Positions 1-10,487 of a DNA stretch of 64,000 nucleotides are shown piece after piece. Source of the DNA: Candidatus Poribacteria bacterium (GTDB taxonomy: Bacteria; Poribacteria; WGA-4E; WGA-3G). The notes beneath the pieces were generated by a model, which worked only from the letters and a program-made list of their open reading frames with translations, ran no database searches and had not been told where the DNA came from. A program made the translations under genes and the position numbers. How positions within the stretch are numbered: position 1 is the first letter of the stretch; the number at the start of each line of letters is the position of its first letter. The stretch is from positions 2,560,675 through 2,624,674 of the forward strand of contig OZ244889.1 in NCBI GenBank assembly GCA_965221425.1. The letters run 5' to 3'.

Positions 1-2
1 CG

Positions 3-545
3 CAGCGTCGCAGTTTTTATACGTGGTCGGAAGGTGCAATTCCTGTTGCAGTATTCGAGTTTCTTTCTGACGCTACAGCAAACAAGGACCGGCATAAAAA
101 AGTTCAGTTGTATCTGATTGATATGGGTGTTCAAGAATACTTCATCCATCAACCTGAAATCGAAAAACCTGCGGAGTTTCATGGATGGAAGCGAAGTCGC
201 TCAGGTAACATCCTTGAGATCAAACCCGATGCACAAGGTGGAATATTCAGCGAAGCCTTAAATCTTTGGTTTCGATGGGAAGTACAACAGGATAGTCACG
301 TAAGGCTTTTACGCCCGTTCCTACCTGATGGGACCCTGATAACAACATCCAGGGAAGAAGCACACCTTCGCATACAAGAACAGAACCTCCGCATACAAGA
401 ACAGAACCTCCGCATACAAGAACAGAACCTCCGAGAAGAGGCGGAAATGATGGCAGCAAAAGAAGCTGCACGGCGGCAGGAGCTTGAAGCTGAATTAGAA
501 ACACTGCGGGCGCAGCTCGCTAACCGACAGGACAGAAACATGTAG
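3..545 (+). CDS. Uma2-family (DUF820) putative endonuclease, C-terminal part; 5' truncated by window edge
   Basis: Frame is open from the window start. It translates ...AIPVAVFEFLSDATANKDRHKKVQLYLIDMGVQEYFIHQPE, which fits the Uma2 core. The coiled-coil acidic tail is typical of the family. Confidence 0.55.
   Translation, partial: QRRSFYTWSEGAIPVAVFEFLSDATANKDRHKKVQLYLIDMGVQEYFIHQPEIEKPAEFHGWKRSRSGNILEIKPDAQGGIFSEALNLWFRWEVQQDSHVRLLRPFLPDGTLITTSREEAHLRIQEQNLRIQEQNLRIQEQNLREEAEMMAAKEAARRQELEAELETLRAQLANRQDRNM
376..438 (+). repeat. Perfect 3x21-bp tandem direct repeat (ctccgcatacaagaacagaac) inside the Uma2 CDS, encoding (LRIQEQN)x3
   Basis: Read directly in the sequence; in-frame heptad repeat. 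Confidence 0.9.
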
Positions 546-634
546 GACCAAATTAACGGAATTTATCCTATTTCCATAATTTTTATTTCACCATTTTCGG
601 TAGGTGGTTAAATTTTTATTTCACCATAAAAACA

Positions 635-2533
635 ATGAAGGATAATATTTTGAAAACAGTCCCTTTTACAGATGTCACTATTAAAGATCGTTTCTGGGCA
701 CCTCGCCAAGCAACGAATTCAGAGAAAACTATCCCACATGAACTGGAGGAGTGCCGAACAACTGGCAGGATAAATAACTTTGCGAAAGCCGCTGGTTTAA
801 TATCAGGCAATTTTGAAGGTATCTTCTTTAACGATTCGGATGTTCACAAATTAGTGGAAGCAGCATCTTATACACTGCAAACACATCCCAATCCTGCATG
901 GGAAACCGAACTGGACGAAGTTATTGACACAATTGCCAAAAGCCAACAAAAGGATGGCTATCTGAATTCCTATTTTACGCTGGTTGAACCGCAAAAGAGA
1001 TGGCAGAATCTCGGTATGATGCATGAGTTGTATTGTGCTGGACACCTATTTGAAGCAGGAGTCGCACATTATCAAGCAACAGGCAAACAAAAACTGCTTG
1101 ATGTTGCCTGCCAATTCGCTAATCTGATTGACAACACTTTTGGACCTGGGAAACGTGACGGTTTGCCGGGACATCAGGGAATCGAGCTTGCGTTAGTGAA
1201 ATTGGCGCGTGTGACAGGTGAAGCGCGTTATATGTCCCTCGCGGAATATTTTGTCACAAAACGCGGACATTCTCCGTCTGTTTTTGAAAAAGAATTGGAA
1301 AATCCTGATTTACCGGGTGGTCTCGGCGCGTACCAACATCATTACACACGTGATGGAAAATATGAAGGTACATATTCACAAGCACATTTACCAATACAGG
1401 AGCAGACAGAATGTGTGGGACACGCAGTCCGGGCGATGTATCTCTATGCTGGCGCTGCGGATATCGCTGCTGAAACTGGCGATGTCGGTATTACAAATGC
1501 ATTGGATGCACTTTGGCAAAATGTTGAGAAACGTCTGTATGTGGCGGGCGGCGTCGGGCCGTCTGGACACAATGAAGGATTTACACAAGATTATGAATTG
1601 CCTAATTTCTCTGCGTATGCTGAGACATGTGCATCAATCGGATTGATTTTTTGGGCACACCGAATGTTCTTATTGAAAGGTGAGTCGTGTTTTGTTGATG
1701 TGCTGGAAACCGCTCTTTACAATGGTGCACTCTCTGGAATTTCGCTTGATGGGACAGGTTTCTTTTACCAAAATCCGTTAGCAAGCCGTGGTGGTAGACA
1801 TCGACATCCTTGGTTCGGATGTGCATGTTGTCCACCGAATATTGCACGCCTACTCGGTTCTCTCGGACAGTACATCTACGCGCAATCCGAAAAAGACCTA
1901 TGGATTAATCTCTACGTTGGTGGCACCGCTTCCGTGAAAGTTGCAGAGAATGTCTCTCTGAAACTAACACAAGAAACTGATTACCCGTGGTCAGGAGAAG
2001 TTAAAATCACAGTTGATCCTGATACACCCGCAAAGTTCACATTAAATCTGCGGGTCCCAGGTTGGTGTAACAATTTTGATATAAACATCAATGGCGAGTC
2101 CTATAATGCTAAAGCAGCGTCTAACGGATACCTTTCAATTAACAGAGAGTGGCATGCTAACGACACAGTGGAATTAAATTTGGATATGCCGATAGAACAA
2201 ATTTATGCCCATCCTTATGTCCGGGATAATCTTGGACGGTCAGCATTACGTCGGGGACCACTGGTCTACTGTTTTGAGGATGTTGACAATCCTGATGGTG
2301 CTTTTGATACCTTATCACTCGTTAACGACGCGGCAGTTGAAGCTATGTTTGATAATGAACTTCTCGGCGGTATTACGCTCATCCGTGGTACCGGCACAGT
2401 GTTTGATGCTTCCGATTGGGAAAATAGTCTCTATCATCCGAAACCGAGTTTGAAGCGGATGGCGGTTACTGCTATCCCTTATTATGCATGGTGTAACCGT
2501 GGTGACGGACAGATGGCAGTTTGGATATTTTAA
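635..2533 (+). CDS. Glycoside hydrolase family 127 (HypBA1-like beta-L-arabinofuranosidase, DUF1680)
   Basis: 632 aa. Conserved E-x-C (ETCASIG) and FGCACCPPN Cys/Zn motif typical of GH127. TAA stop. Confidence 0.9.
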   Translation: MKDNILKTVPFTDVTIKDRFWAPRQATNSEKTIPHELEECRTTGRINNFAKAAGLISGNFEGIFFNDSDVHKLVEAASYTLQTHPNPAWETELDEVIDTIAKSQQKDGYLNSYFTLVEPQKRWQNLGMMHELYCAGHLFEAGVAHYQATGKQKLLDVACQFANLIDNTFGPGKRDGLPGHQGIELALVKLARVTGEARYMSLAEYFVTKRGHSPSVFEKELENPDLPGGLGAYQHHYTRDGKYEGTYSQAHLPIQEQTECVGHAVRAMYLYAGAADIAAETGDVGITNALDALWQNVEKRLYVAGGVGPSGHNEGFTQDYELPNFSAYAETCASIGLIFWAHRMFLLKGESCFVDVLETALYNGALSGISLDGTGFFYQNPLASRGGRHRHPWFGCACCPPNIARLLGSLGQYIYAQSEKDLWINLYVGGTASVKVAENVSLKLTQETDYPWSGEVKITVDPDTPAKFTLNLRVPGWCNNFDININGESYNAKAASNGYLSINREWHANDTVELNLDMPIEQIYAHPYVRDNLGRSALRRGPLVYCFEDVDNPDGAFDTLSLVNDAAVEAMFDNELLGGITLIRGTGTVFDASDWENSLYHPKPSLKRMAVTAIPYYAWCNRGDGQMAVWIF

Positions 2534-2593
2534 ACACTGTGGTAGGTACAGTTTTCTTGCTACACCCGCCACAGTGCCTTCACATTCGTTACT

Positions 2594-3574
2594 TTAGACA
2601 AACGCGGCTCTGTCAACATCTGCCAAAAAGACACGGGCACCATTCTGTAAAGCGGAACGATGAACTGCTGCTTCAAACAAAAGTTCTGCCCATGCTGCTT
2701 CACCGTCTGCAGGAAACGGTTGGTTAACCTGCATCGCTTTAATTACACCATCAGCCATTCTCTTGAAAGACTCTGGCATTTCTGGTTTACCGGGTTCGTT
2801 TTCCCATTTTTCTTCTACTTCAGAGTTATTTGCTTTACGCCGCAAATATGACCCGTCTAAACCTTTTGCTTCCGCGTAAGATTTATCGCCCAGTATTTTG
2901 ACTCGAAGCGGATGGTCATCGTATCCCCAAAGGTTTGTACCAGCAAGTGAACCGATTACCCCGTTTTCCCAACCGATATGAATTAGACGTTTCCAACCCC
3001 CACCTTCATTCGGGTCGCCAACAACACTTACCCACTCAGGCGTACCCATATTCCAGAGAATCTGGTCGATGATATGTGACCAACAGTTAAAGTGCGCCCG
3101 TGCATGCACCATTTTAATTTCTCCTAACCTACCTTCCACAACATCATCATGGAGTTTTCTGAAATGTTCCATAAAACGGTAGTTGAAGTCAATACCGAAT
3201 TTTAGGTTGGAGTCGCGCCACGCAGCAATAGCAGGTGCTGCGATAGCCAGATCTGCTTCTCGAACTGTAGCCTGTCCCTGTAGTCCACATAGAGGTTTTT
3301 CAGTGAACACATTCCGTCCACCTTCAAGTAGTTCACGCAACGGTGGAATACGGCGTGTTTCATTGACGATTAGGAGGACGAGTTCAGCATCACAGTTTGC
3401 TAACAACTCTTGAATAGATAAATACCCTGGAACGTCAAAGTGCTCTTTCGCTTTTTCAAGAAGTTCAGGGTCCATTTCGCAAACAGCGACAACTTCAGCA
3501 TCTGGATGATTGTGGAAATTTCCACCATGCATCATACCCATTCCTCTACCACTGATCAATGCACATTTTGTCAT
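2594..3574 (-). CDS. Gfo/Idh/MocA family NAD(P)-dependent oxidoreductase
   Basis: N-terminal Rossmann fold (ISGRGMGMMHGG...EVVAVCEMD); 326 aa. Confidence 0.8.
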   Translation of the reverse strand: MTKCALISGRGMGMMHGGNFHNHPDAEVVAVCEMDPELLEKAKEHFDVPGYLSIQELLANCDAELVLLIVNETRRIPPLRELLEGGRNVFTEKPLCGLQGQATVREADLAIAAPAIAAWRDSNLKFGIDFNYRFMEHFRKLHDDVVEGRLGEIKMVHARAHFNCWSHIIDQILWNMGTPEWVSVVGDPNEGGGWKRLIHIGWENGVIGSLAGTNLWGYDDHPLRVKILGDKSYAEAKGLDGSYLRRKANNSEVEEKWENEPGKPEMPESFKRMADGVIKAMQVNQPFPADGEAAWAELLFEAAVHRSALQNGARVFLADVDRAAFV

Positions 3575-3951
3575 AATTAATGCCTTCCATTTATTTTGTC
3601 TTCAAATTCACAGTAAACTTGAATTATTAAAACATTACTAATAGCACGCTACAAAGCGTGCCTACTGCTCAACAAAGATGTGGATAAAGTTCACACATGC
3701 GAATTGTTCTAAGTCTGATTTCCTGCAGTATAACACACACCATAAAAAACTCAAGGAAAAAGTACTTTATACTCTAAATTGCAATTCTCTGATTTTTTGA
3801 TAGATGAAGAAGTCCCATGTTTTGAAAATCTGGATTCTCTTGCTCCACACAGTATGAGATGCTATAATCTGCCTTGCATTTTTTGCTTAGAAACAACTCT
3901 CATAGATTGTCTATGGCACAACTTTTTAGAAAAGAATCAGAAGAGGATAAT

Positions 3952-4842
3952 ATGAAATCACAACAATATCCAAAAATCGGCTTTATTGGACTGGGAAACA
4001 TGGGGAGTCGAATGGCGAAAAATCTTATCAACGCAGGATATTCGCTCATCGGTTATGATATTGATAACACTAAATGTGCGGAAGTCGCTACAATTGGAGT
4101 GGTAACGGTAAACGACTCTACCCAAGTTGTAAAAGAAACCGATGTTATTCTGACCAGTTTGCGCTCCTCAGATGTCTTTTTCAACGTAGCTGAAATGTAT
4201 TTCCTTCCCAATGCTACAGACGGTAAAATATTCATAGACTTGGGCACCTCTGAAGTAGAAAAAACACGGGAATTAGCAAAAGCTTTATCTGAAAGGGGTT
4301 CCACACTGATAGACGCACCTGTGAGTGGTGGACCACACGGATCTCAAACAGGGACGCTTCGCATTTTTGTTGGCGGCGATGCAGCGGTTGTTGAAAAGTG
4401 CCGACCAATCTTAGAAGTTCTTGGAGATCCGAAACATGTTGTTTATTGTGGGGCAAGCGGCTCAGGACAAATCGTTAAGGGCGTGAATCAATTGGCAATG
4501 GGATTGGGCGCAGCGGCTTATATGGAAGCTATGGCGTTCGGGGTTTGTGCAGGTGTGGATCCGATAGCAATTCGGAATGCTGTTGGCATGGGAGACGGTT
4601 GGCGCAGTGAGTTTGACAAAATTGCCAAACGGATTTTGGATGGTGGAGGAAAAAAGCTCGTTGTCAAATTTCCTGAATTGCCCTATTTTCTGGCTGAGGC
4701 GGAAGTATCAGGATTTGAAATTCCACTTGCAGAAGCACTTTATGAATTTTGCAAGAAGGGAAGTTATGAGATGTTAGACAACATGAACCGGCAATCACGT
4801 TCTTTTTGGCATGAATTGACTAAAGAATCTGATGCGGAATAG
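3952..4842 (+). CDS. NAD-binding 3-hydroxyisobutyrate/6-phosphogluconate dehydrogenase-like oxidoreductase (HIBADH/GarR family)
   Basis: KIGFIGLGNMGSRMAKNL and DAPVSGG...GTLRIFVGG motifs. ATG at 3952 is preceded by a GAGGA RBS. The track ORF starts earlier at 3874. Confidence 0.8.
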   Translation: MKSQQYPKIGFIGLGNMGSRMAKNLINAGYSLIGYDIDNTKCAEVATIGVVTVNDSTQVVKETDVILTSLRSSDVFFNVAEMYFLPNATDGKIFIDLGTSEVEKTRELAKALSERGSTLIDAPVSGGPHGSQTGTLRIFVGGDAAVVEKCRPILEVLGDPKHVVYCGASGSGQIVKGVNQLAMGLGAAAYMEAMAFGVCAGVDPIAIRNAVGMGDGWRSEFDKIAKRILDGGGKKLVVKFPELPYFLAEAEVSGFEIPLAEALYEFCKKGSYEMLDNMNRQSRSFWHELTKESDAE

Positions 4843-4866
4843 GTTTCTTAATATTCAATCTATCCC

Positions 4867-5964
4867 CTAAGGTGCTACCGACTTGGCACAACGAAAACCG
4901 ATCAAATGACTCGTGCGTGCTGGCCCATTACCTCGGCGATAGGTAATCCATACGCGAGGTTGACCGCTTTCAACCCATGAACCGCCGCGTAAAGCACGAG
5001 AAGATGTAATATTCTTAAAATTTTCTACTACTTCTTCAATACTATCGGGGCCAGCAAAAGGGTTTTTGTTAGGTGGATCATCATAATAATCTTTGTCGTA
5101 CGTATCAAGACACCATTCCAAAACATTCCCTACTATATCAAATATACCGTATCCGTTAGGCGGATAATCACCTACAGGAGTTGTACTTCCGGTATATCCA
5201 ACATTCAGGCTGTAATTTGCTTTGCTATCATCAATTGAATTTCCCCATGGATACCTTTGTCCTTCAACACCACCGCGTGCAGCTTTTTCCCATTCAGCCT
5301 CAGTTGGAAGTCGTTTGTTTACCCAATTTGCATACGCTGCGGCAGTATACCAACTCACAGATACGACAGGGTGATTTGCTTTTCCACTTGGATAGGTATT
5401 TTCAGACCAATTGACAAGATAATTCCCATCGTGGAACCTGCTGGCAATCGTCCCTTTTTGCCATTCCGGGTTGGCATCTACAAACTTTTTGTAGTCTGCA
5501 TTCGTTACCTCATATTTATCCATATAGAATGCGTTGAGGTAGACTGTATGTCCTGGTTGTTCGACGTTCCCTGCATCTCCGCTGATACTATCTAACTGAA
5601 ATTCTCCTTCAGGAATTAGCACCATGCCTTCAGGGACTACGGGTTCGCCCACCTTGTCTTTTACGGTATAAGTGAGTCTACGATTGCCACCTTCCCATGT
5701 GAGTTCTATGTCAAGCTTTCCTAATGGGAAGGGACCTGAAATAGTGGCAGTATTATCAGATGTAGTCACTTCTCCTTTGGAAACCGTAAGATTTTGTGGG
5801 GGCGCGCTAAAACTCACAGTGATAGTAGCATCTGTAGCTATATCACTTGCATCAGGGGGATCCACAGATTGGATTTCTACCGAGTCATCTTCTCCACATC
5901 CAATTATTGACAAGGTTAAAATACATGCAAGAATTATTGGTAAAAAATATAACCCTTTTTTCAC
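4867..5964 (-). CDS. Formylglycine-generating-enzyme (FGE/SUMF1) domain lipoprotein with N-terminal Ig-like domain
   Basis: Lipobox LSIIGC after MKKGLYFLPIILACIL. C-terminal RGGSW...GFRCA FGE signatures. Confidence 0.8.
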   Translation of the reverse strand: MKKGLYFLPIILACILTLSIIGCGEDDSVEIQSVDPPDASDIATDATITVSFSAPPQNLTVSKGEVTTSDNTATISGPFPLGKLDIELTWEGGNRRLTYTVKDKVGEPVVPEGMVLIPEGEFQLDSISGDAGNVEQPGHTVYLNAFYMDKYEVTNADYKKFVDANPEWQKGTIASRFHDGNYLVNWSENTYPSGKANHPVVSVSWYTAAAYANWVNKRLPTEAEWEKAARGGVEGQRYPWGNSIDDSKANYSLNVGYTGSTTPVGDYPPNGYGIFDIVGNVLEWCLDTYDKDYYDDPPNKNPFAGPDSIEEVVENFKNITSSRALRGGSWVESGQPRVWITYRRGNGPARTSHLIGFRCAKSVAP

Positions 5965-5983
5965 AAATTATCTCCTTTCAAAC

Positions 5984-6192
5984 ACAATCTAAATGAAGAT
6001 TAGAAAATAAATTGGGTAATGTAGCGAGGTTAGGAAGAAATCAACGGTATGAATGCCATTAGGCATTCCCCGCCTCGCCAGCAGAGATACACACCTGCTG
6101 ATGGCGAGGTTTCCTAACCTCGCAAAATTACCGAAATATTTATTTAATTTTCATACAGATTGTGCTACTATGTAGCAACTTAGGTTATAGAT
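5984..6192. repeat. MITE-like nested palindromic element, family A copy
   Basis: Inverted cores gcgaggttaggaa(6024)/ttcctaacctcgc(6124), plus modules aaatcaacggtatgaatgcc, caatctaaatgaagattag, attaccgaa and gtagcaacttaggttat. The same modules recur at at least 8 other sites. Confidence 0.8.
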
Positions 6193-6195
6193 ACA

Positions 6196-6966
6196 TTAGT
6201 TTATATTAAACACCTGTTGCATTTCTACCTGCAACATCTCAAATAATTCGCTTTTCAAGTTGATTAAATCTCTGTCTGCGATGCTTCTGGGGCGTGGTAA
6301 TGAGACTTCAACCTCCGCCTTTATTGACCCCGGCCTCGCTGTTAACACATATATTTTATCAGCAAGCAGAAGTGCTTCCTCAATGTCATGCGTTATCAAC
6401 AGCACCGTCTGTCCACCTTTGTCCCAAATATCCAAAAGTATGGATTGCATCACAGTACGCGTCATTGCATCTAACGCACCAAAGGGTTCATCTAAAAGCA
6501 GAATTTCTTTTCGAAAAAGGAGCGTCCGTACTAACGCGACACGTTGACGCATTCCGCCTGAAAGTTGCATTGGGTAACTATTCGCAAATCCTTGTAAACC
6601 AAGCTGCGCTAACAGTTTGAGTGCCCCTTTTCTTGTCTTATCAAGCGATTCCTTCTGAATTTCTGGTCCAATCATTACGTTCTTTAAGACCGTCCGCCAC
6701 TGTAAAAGAAGGTCTTTTTGTTGCATATATCCGAATGCCCCCGGACTGCTCTGAATATGTTTCCCATTGAGGTAAATTTCTCCGGCTTGCGGTCTGAGGA
6801 GTCCAGAGATAATATTGAACAAAGTGCTTTTTCCACACCCTGAAGGACCGAGCAAAGCGACAAACCTTCCCGTATCAACTGAAAAGTTTAACTTGTCCAA
6901 CACCTGCAATTGTGTATTGTTTTGGACGAAGGCATGTGTTATATTCTTAACTTCAAGTTTGGCCAT
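6196..6966 (-). CDS. ABC transporter ATP-binding protein, NitT/TauT (nitrate/sulfonate/bicarbonate) type; no adjacent permease or SBP
   Basis: Walker A GPSGCGKST, signature LSGGMRQRVAL, Walker B LLLDEPFGALD. Confidence 0.9.
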   Translation of the reverse strand: MAKLEVKNITHAFVQNNTQLQVLDKLNFSVDTGRFVALLGPSGCGKSTLFNIISGLLRPQAGEIYLNGKHIQSSPGAFGYMQQKDLLLQWRTVLKNVMIGPEIQKESLDKTRKGALKLLAQLGLQGFANSYPMQLSGGMRQRVALVRTLLFRKEILLLDEPFGALDAMTRTVMQSILLDIWDKGGQTVLLITHDIEEALLLADKIYVLTARPGSIKAEVEVSLPRPRSIADRDLINLKSELFEMLQVEMQQVFNIN

Positions 6967-7001
6967 AATAGTGTGGTGTTAGCTCTGCGTGGTTTGTCGT
7001 C

Positions 7002-7017
7002 GCGCAATTTATTGCGC
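7002..7017. terminator. Short GC hairpin (gcgcaa-ttta-ttgcgc) between the dnaJ-like and ABC genes
   Basis: Seen in sequence; 6-bp stem. Confidence 0.3.
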
Positions 7018-7140
7018 CTCTTTGGATTTAGTTACAACACGCGATGCGTACGGCCTACCTTTAAGCGCATATTTACCATCGGAATTGTTTATGCACACTC
7101 CACAATTAGCTGCGGCGCTACGTCCGATTCAGAAAGTTTT

Positions 7141-8001
7141 TTATCGTAACGTCTTTGCAAGCTGTTTTAGTAAATCTTTCTGTTTTCGTGATAATGATTT
7201 AGGGATTTCCACAACAATACGGACTCGTAAATCGCCGTTTCGTCCAGATGGGTCTACTATACCTTGTCCACGCAGGCGTAATTGCTGCCCCGGTTGTGCG
7301 CCTGGAGGAATTTTAAATTCCACGTTCTCCGTTAGGGTTTGTACTCGAATGGTGCCGCCTAAGGCTGCGGTTGTCATCGGGACCTTCACATCTGTTACCA
7401 AATCAAACCCGTCACGTGTCAAAGTTGGATGCGGCTGTACTGATATTTTGACCAACAGATCCCCTGATACTCCTGCGTTGATAGTCTCTCCGTGTCCACG
7501 AACTCGTAGTGTTTGACCATCTTTAATACCGGGAGGAATTTTAAGGTTTATCCCTTTGCCTTGGACGCTGACCTCTTTCTGTGCGCCAAGTACTGCATCA
7601 ACAAAGGGAATAGTCAGGTTAATGTGGAGGTCACGGCCACGATAGTTACGAGTTGTCTGACGTCTCTGTCCAAACACATCACCGAAGGCATCACCAAACC
7701 CACCGTAAGTTGCACGTCCAAAAATGTCGTTGAAGTTTGCAAAGATGTCGTCCATATTGGTAAAACCCTCAAAACCCATACCGTGAATACCAGCATGCCC
7801 ACGGGTATCATAGACTTTTCGCTTTTCTGGGTCAGACAGCACCGAATAGGCATTGGATGCCTCTTTGAATTTCTCTTCAGCAGCTTTGTCATCGGGATTT
7901 TTATCGGGATGGTACTTGACTGCTAATTTGCGGTATGCCTTCTTTATTTCGTCTGCGGTGGCGTTTCGCTTAACACCAAGTATTTCGTAGTAGTCTCTCA
8001 T
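7141..8001 (-). CDS. cbpA: J-domain co-chaperone, CbpA/DnaJ-like (no zinc-finger region)
   Basis: DYYEILGV...[17 protein letters not shown]-domain with HPD. G/F-rich region and C-terminal DnaJ-C domains. 286 aa. Confidence 0.8.
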   Translation of the reverse strand: MRDYYEILGVKRNATADEIKKAYRKLAVKYHPDKNPDDKAAEEKFKEASNAYSVLSDPEKRKVYDTRGHAGIHGMGFEGFTNMDDIFANFNDIFGRATYGGFGDAFGDVFGQRRQTTRNYRGRDLHINLTIPFVDAVLGAQKEVSVQGKGINLKIPPGIKDGQTLRVRGHGETINAGVSGDLLVKISVQPHPTLTRDGFDLVTDVKVPMTTAALGGTIRVQTLTENVEFKIPPGAQPGQQLRLRGQGIVDPSGRNGDLRVRIVVEIPKSLSRKQKDLLKQLAKTLR

Positions 8002-8053
8002 TATATCCTATACTATTACTTTTAGCAAAGTTTGTTGCTTTTAGAATATTGTT

Positions 8054-9187
8054 CTACAATAATTCAACGATATCATCAACAGTAGTGATGTTATGGCGTT
8101 CTTTTACGAGTGTTCTACCGAATTTGAGTATAGCGGTTTCTACCCGCGTTTTTCGCTGTAAATCTATAATACTTTCAATGTCCTTGACATGCGCTGCTCC
8201 GATGACCCGTCGTAACATCTCCATTCCTGCAAACCCTACCGATTCGTGGAAGATAATTGGTAAAGCACGAAACTTCACGGAGGGATCCACCTTAAATTCT
8301 TTTGTGTAGGTCTCCCATGTTTGAATAATAGCGGTAATTATTTCCGACTGGACTTTGGCGTTGTCTATATGTGAATAATAGGATAGCAAATAATTTGCCC
8401 AAAATAGACCAACATCAAAACCTACAGGCCCGTAAAAAGCAAACTCTGAATCTATTACCTTGGCAGATTTGTTGTTGACCATTACACTGCCAGTATGGAG
8501 ATCCCCGTGTGTTAACCCACGCTGTACTTTCAAAAAAATACTCTTTAGTATTTCTACCTCTTGTAAGAAGTCCTTATCCGTTTTTAATTGTTTGACATCA
8601 GATTCCAATCCATCCGTATAGAAATTCGTTTCATGGTCGGTAAAAGGCAGTGTGAAAACATAATCTGCAGTTATTGATTGCATGACGGTGTTGGCAAAAT
8701 CATCTCGGTACTTATCTACTGAAACACTGTCAAGATTGTCGGTATAAGTTTGGCTATGGACACGCCCCATAAATCTGGCGATCAGTTCAGGAACCGTTTG
8801 GTTAACTTTTCCTGCAATGAGATCATCTCGTAATAGACGGTATCCACGAAGATCTTCCATTACAATTACTGCTGCCTCACTGTCAAAATAGTACTGCGCT
8901 GGTACTGTCTCACTTGCAAATTGGTTGTAGACCACAAGCGCTCGAGATTCATAAGTCAAGCGTTCAGATGGTAATGGATAATCAGGTCCCAATATTTTAA
9001 TATAAGGAGGTGCCTGTTTCAAAACGAGTGAACGTTCTGGTTGTTTTGTATCGGAAACTCGATAAACAAAGTTGAGATTTCCGTCTCCGATTTCTTCGGA
9101 ATGCAGGTCTGCATCCGGATCAAAAAAACCTATTTCAGACTGACGTTCACGTAGATACTGGATAATGGTTTCTTTGTTTAGTTCCAT
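8054..9187 (-). CDS. mtnK: S-methyl-5-thioribose kinase
   Basis: EEIGDGNLNFVYRV, HGDLHTGSVMV and IDSEFAFYGPVGFDVG match MtnK along its whole length (377 aa). Confidence 0.85.
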   Translation of the reverse strand: MELNKETIIQYLRERQSEIGFFDPDADLHSEEIGDGNLNFVYRVSDTKQPERSLVLKQAPPYIKILGPDYPLPSERLTYESRALVVYNQFASETVPAQYYFDSEAAVIVMEDLRGYRLLRDDLIAGKVNQTVPELIARFMGRVHSQTYTDNLDSVSVDKYRDDFANTVMQSITADYVFTLPFTDHETNFYTDGLESDVKQLKTDKDFLQEVEILKSIFLKVQRGLTHGDLHTGSVMVNNKSAKVIDSEFAFYGPVGFDVGLFWANYLLSYYSHIDNAKVQSEIITAIIQTWETYTKEFKVDPSVKFRALPIIFHESVGFAGMEMLRRVIGAAHVKDIESIIDLQRKTRVETAILKFGRTLVKERHNITTVDDIVELL

Positions 9188-9221
9188 CTTTTGAAAAAAA
9201 CAACCGACAAGAAGTCTCTAT

Positions 9222-9385
9222 CTATAACCTAAGTTGCTACGGATAAAATTTTACACACAGATGTCATTTTTAATAGAGAACGATCCATTTTTGCAAGATT
9301 CCGTAGCACAAACTGTTAGTTTGCGTTCTTACAAGCACAATCTAACAGATTGTGCTACTATGAGGCAACTTTAGTTATCTATAGT
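9222..9385. repeat. Family-A repeat modules (ataacctaagttgctac; gtagcacaaactgttagtttgcg; cacaatctaacagattgtg)
   Basis: Shared modules with the other family-A copies. Confidence 0.6.
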
Positions 9386-10380
9386 AAAAGTTTTTCTGCA
9401 ATCTGAATTGCATTCAACGCAGCGCCTTTACGAAGGTTGTCAGCAACAACCCACATATTTAAGCCGTTTGGGATTGATGAATCCTCTCTAATTCGTCCGA
9501 CGTAAACATCGTCTTTTCCTGCAGCCTCTATAGCCATCGGATATTTATAATTGTCCGGATCATCAATTAATTGCACGCCGGGGGCATCAGCAAGCCATTT
9601 GCGTGCTTGTGCAGGTGTGAGTTTTTCATGTGTCTCAACGTTTATTGATTCAGAATGTGCGAAGAACACAGGTACACGGACAGTTGTTGCCGAAATTCCT
9701 ATAGAATCATCAGCAAGAATTTTATGGGTTTCGTTTACCATCTTCAGTTCTTCTTCATTATCACCGGTGTCAGTAAAAGGCCAATCAAAAGCGACGTTAA
9801 ATGCCATCTGATGTGGGAATCGATCAAGGGTAATAGGTTTGCCTTCCAATGCCTCAGTTGTCTGTAGAATCAACTCATTCACTGCGCGTCCACTTTTACC
9901 AGATACACTTTGGTATGTGGATACAACGATTCGTTTGATGCCGACAGCGTCGTAAATCGGTTTGAGTGCGACCATCATCTGGATAGTTGAACAGTTCGGA
10001 TTTGCGATAAGCCCATTGTGTTCTAAAGCAGCATCCATGTTGACCTCTGGTACAACTAAGGGGGTATCATCGTTCATGCGGAAGGCACTTGTGTTATCAA
10101 TTACCAATGCCCCTTTTTTCACTGCTGTAGGCATAAATTCCCGGCTTACAGAAGCACCTGCGGAAGAAAAGACGAGGTCTATCTCCTCAAACGAATCGTG
10201 TGTTAACTCTTCAATCACTATATGTGCGCCTTTGAAAGTCAAGATTTCCCCTGCTGACCTGTGTGACGCCAACAGCTTGAGACTACCAACAGGAAAGGAA
10301 CGTTCTTCTAAAAGCTCCAACATAGTGTTGCCAACTGCCCCTGTTGCGCCGACAATTGCAACACGAAAACTCTCATGCAT
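9379..10380 (-). CDS. asd: Aspartate-semialdehyde dehydrogenase
   Basis: RVAIVGATGAVG NAD(P) site and NPNCSTIQ active-site Cys; 333 aa. Confidence 0.95.
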   Translation of the reverse strand: MHESFRVAIVGATGAVGNTMLELLEERSFPVGSLKLLASHRSAGEILTFKGAHIVIEELTHDSFEEIDLVFSSAGASVSREFMPTAVKKGALVIDNTSAFRMNDDTPLVVPEVNMDAALEHNGLIANPNCSTIQMMVALKPIYDAVGIKRIVVSTYQSVSGKSGRAVNELILQTTEALEGKPITLDRFPHQMAFNVAFDWPFTDTGDNEEELKMVNETHKILADDSIGISATTVRVPVFFAHSESINVETHEKLTPAQARKWLADAPGVQLIDDPDNYKYPMAIEAAGKDDVYVGRIREDSSIPNGLNMWVVADNLRKGAALNAIQIAEKLLL

Positions 10381-10487
10381 TTTATTTTACCTCAAAAGAT
10401 CAACTTTTGTATTATATTACCACAAATTTATGACTTAAGCAAACCTGTTTTAATGCTGGGGGTGTGTAAGGTTTTTGTCACTTATCT

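Noticed and set aside
6989-7516. Track ORF 6989-7516 (+) and other ORFs antisense to dnaJ-like and ABC genes
   Set aside because: They overlap confidently called minus-strand genes and have no domain.
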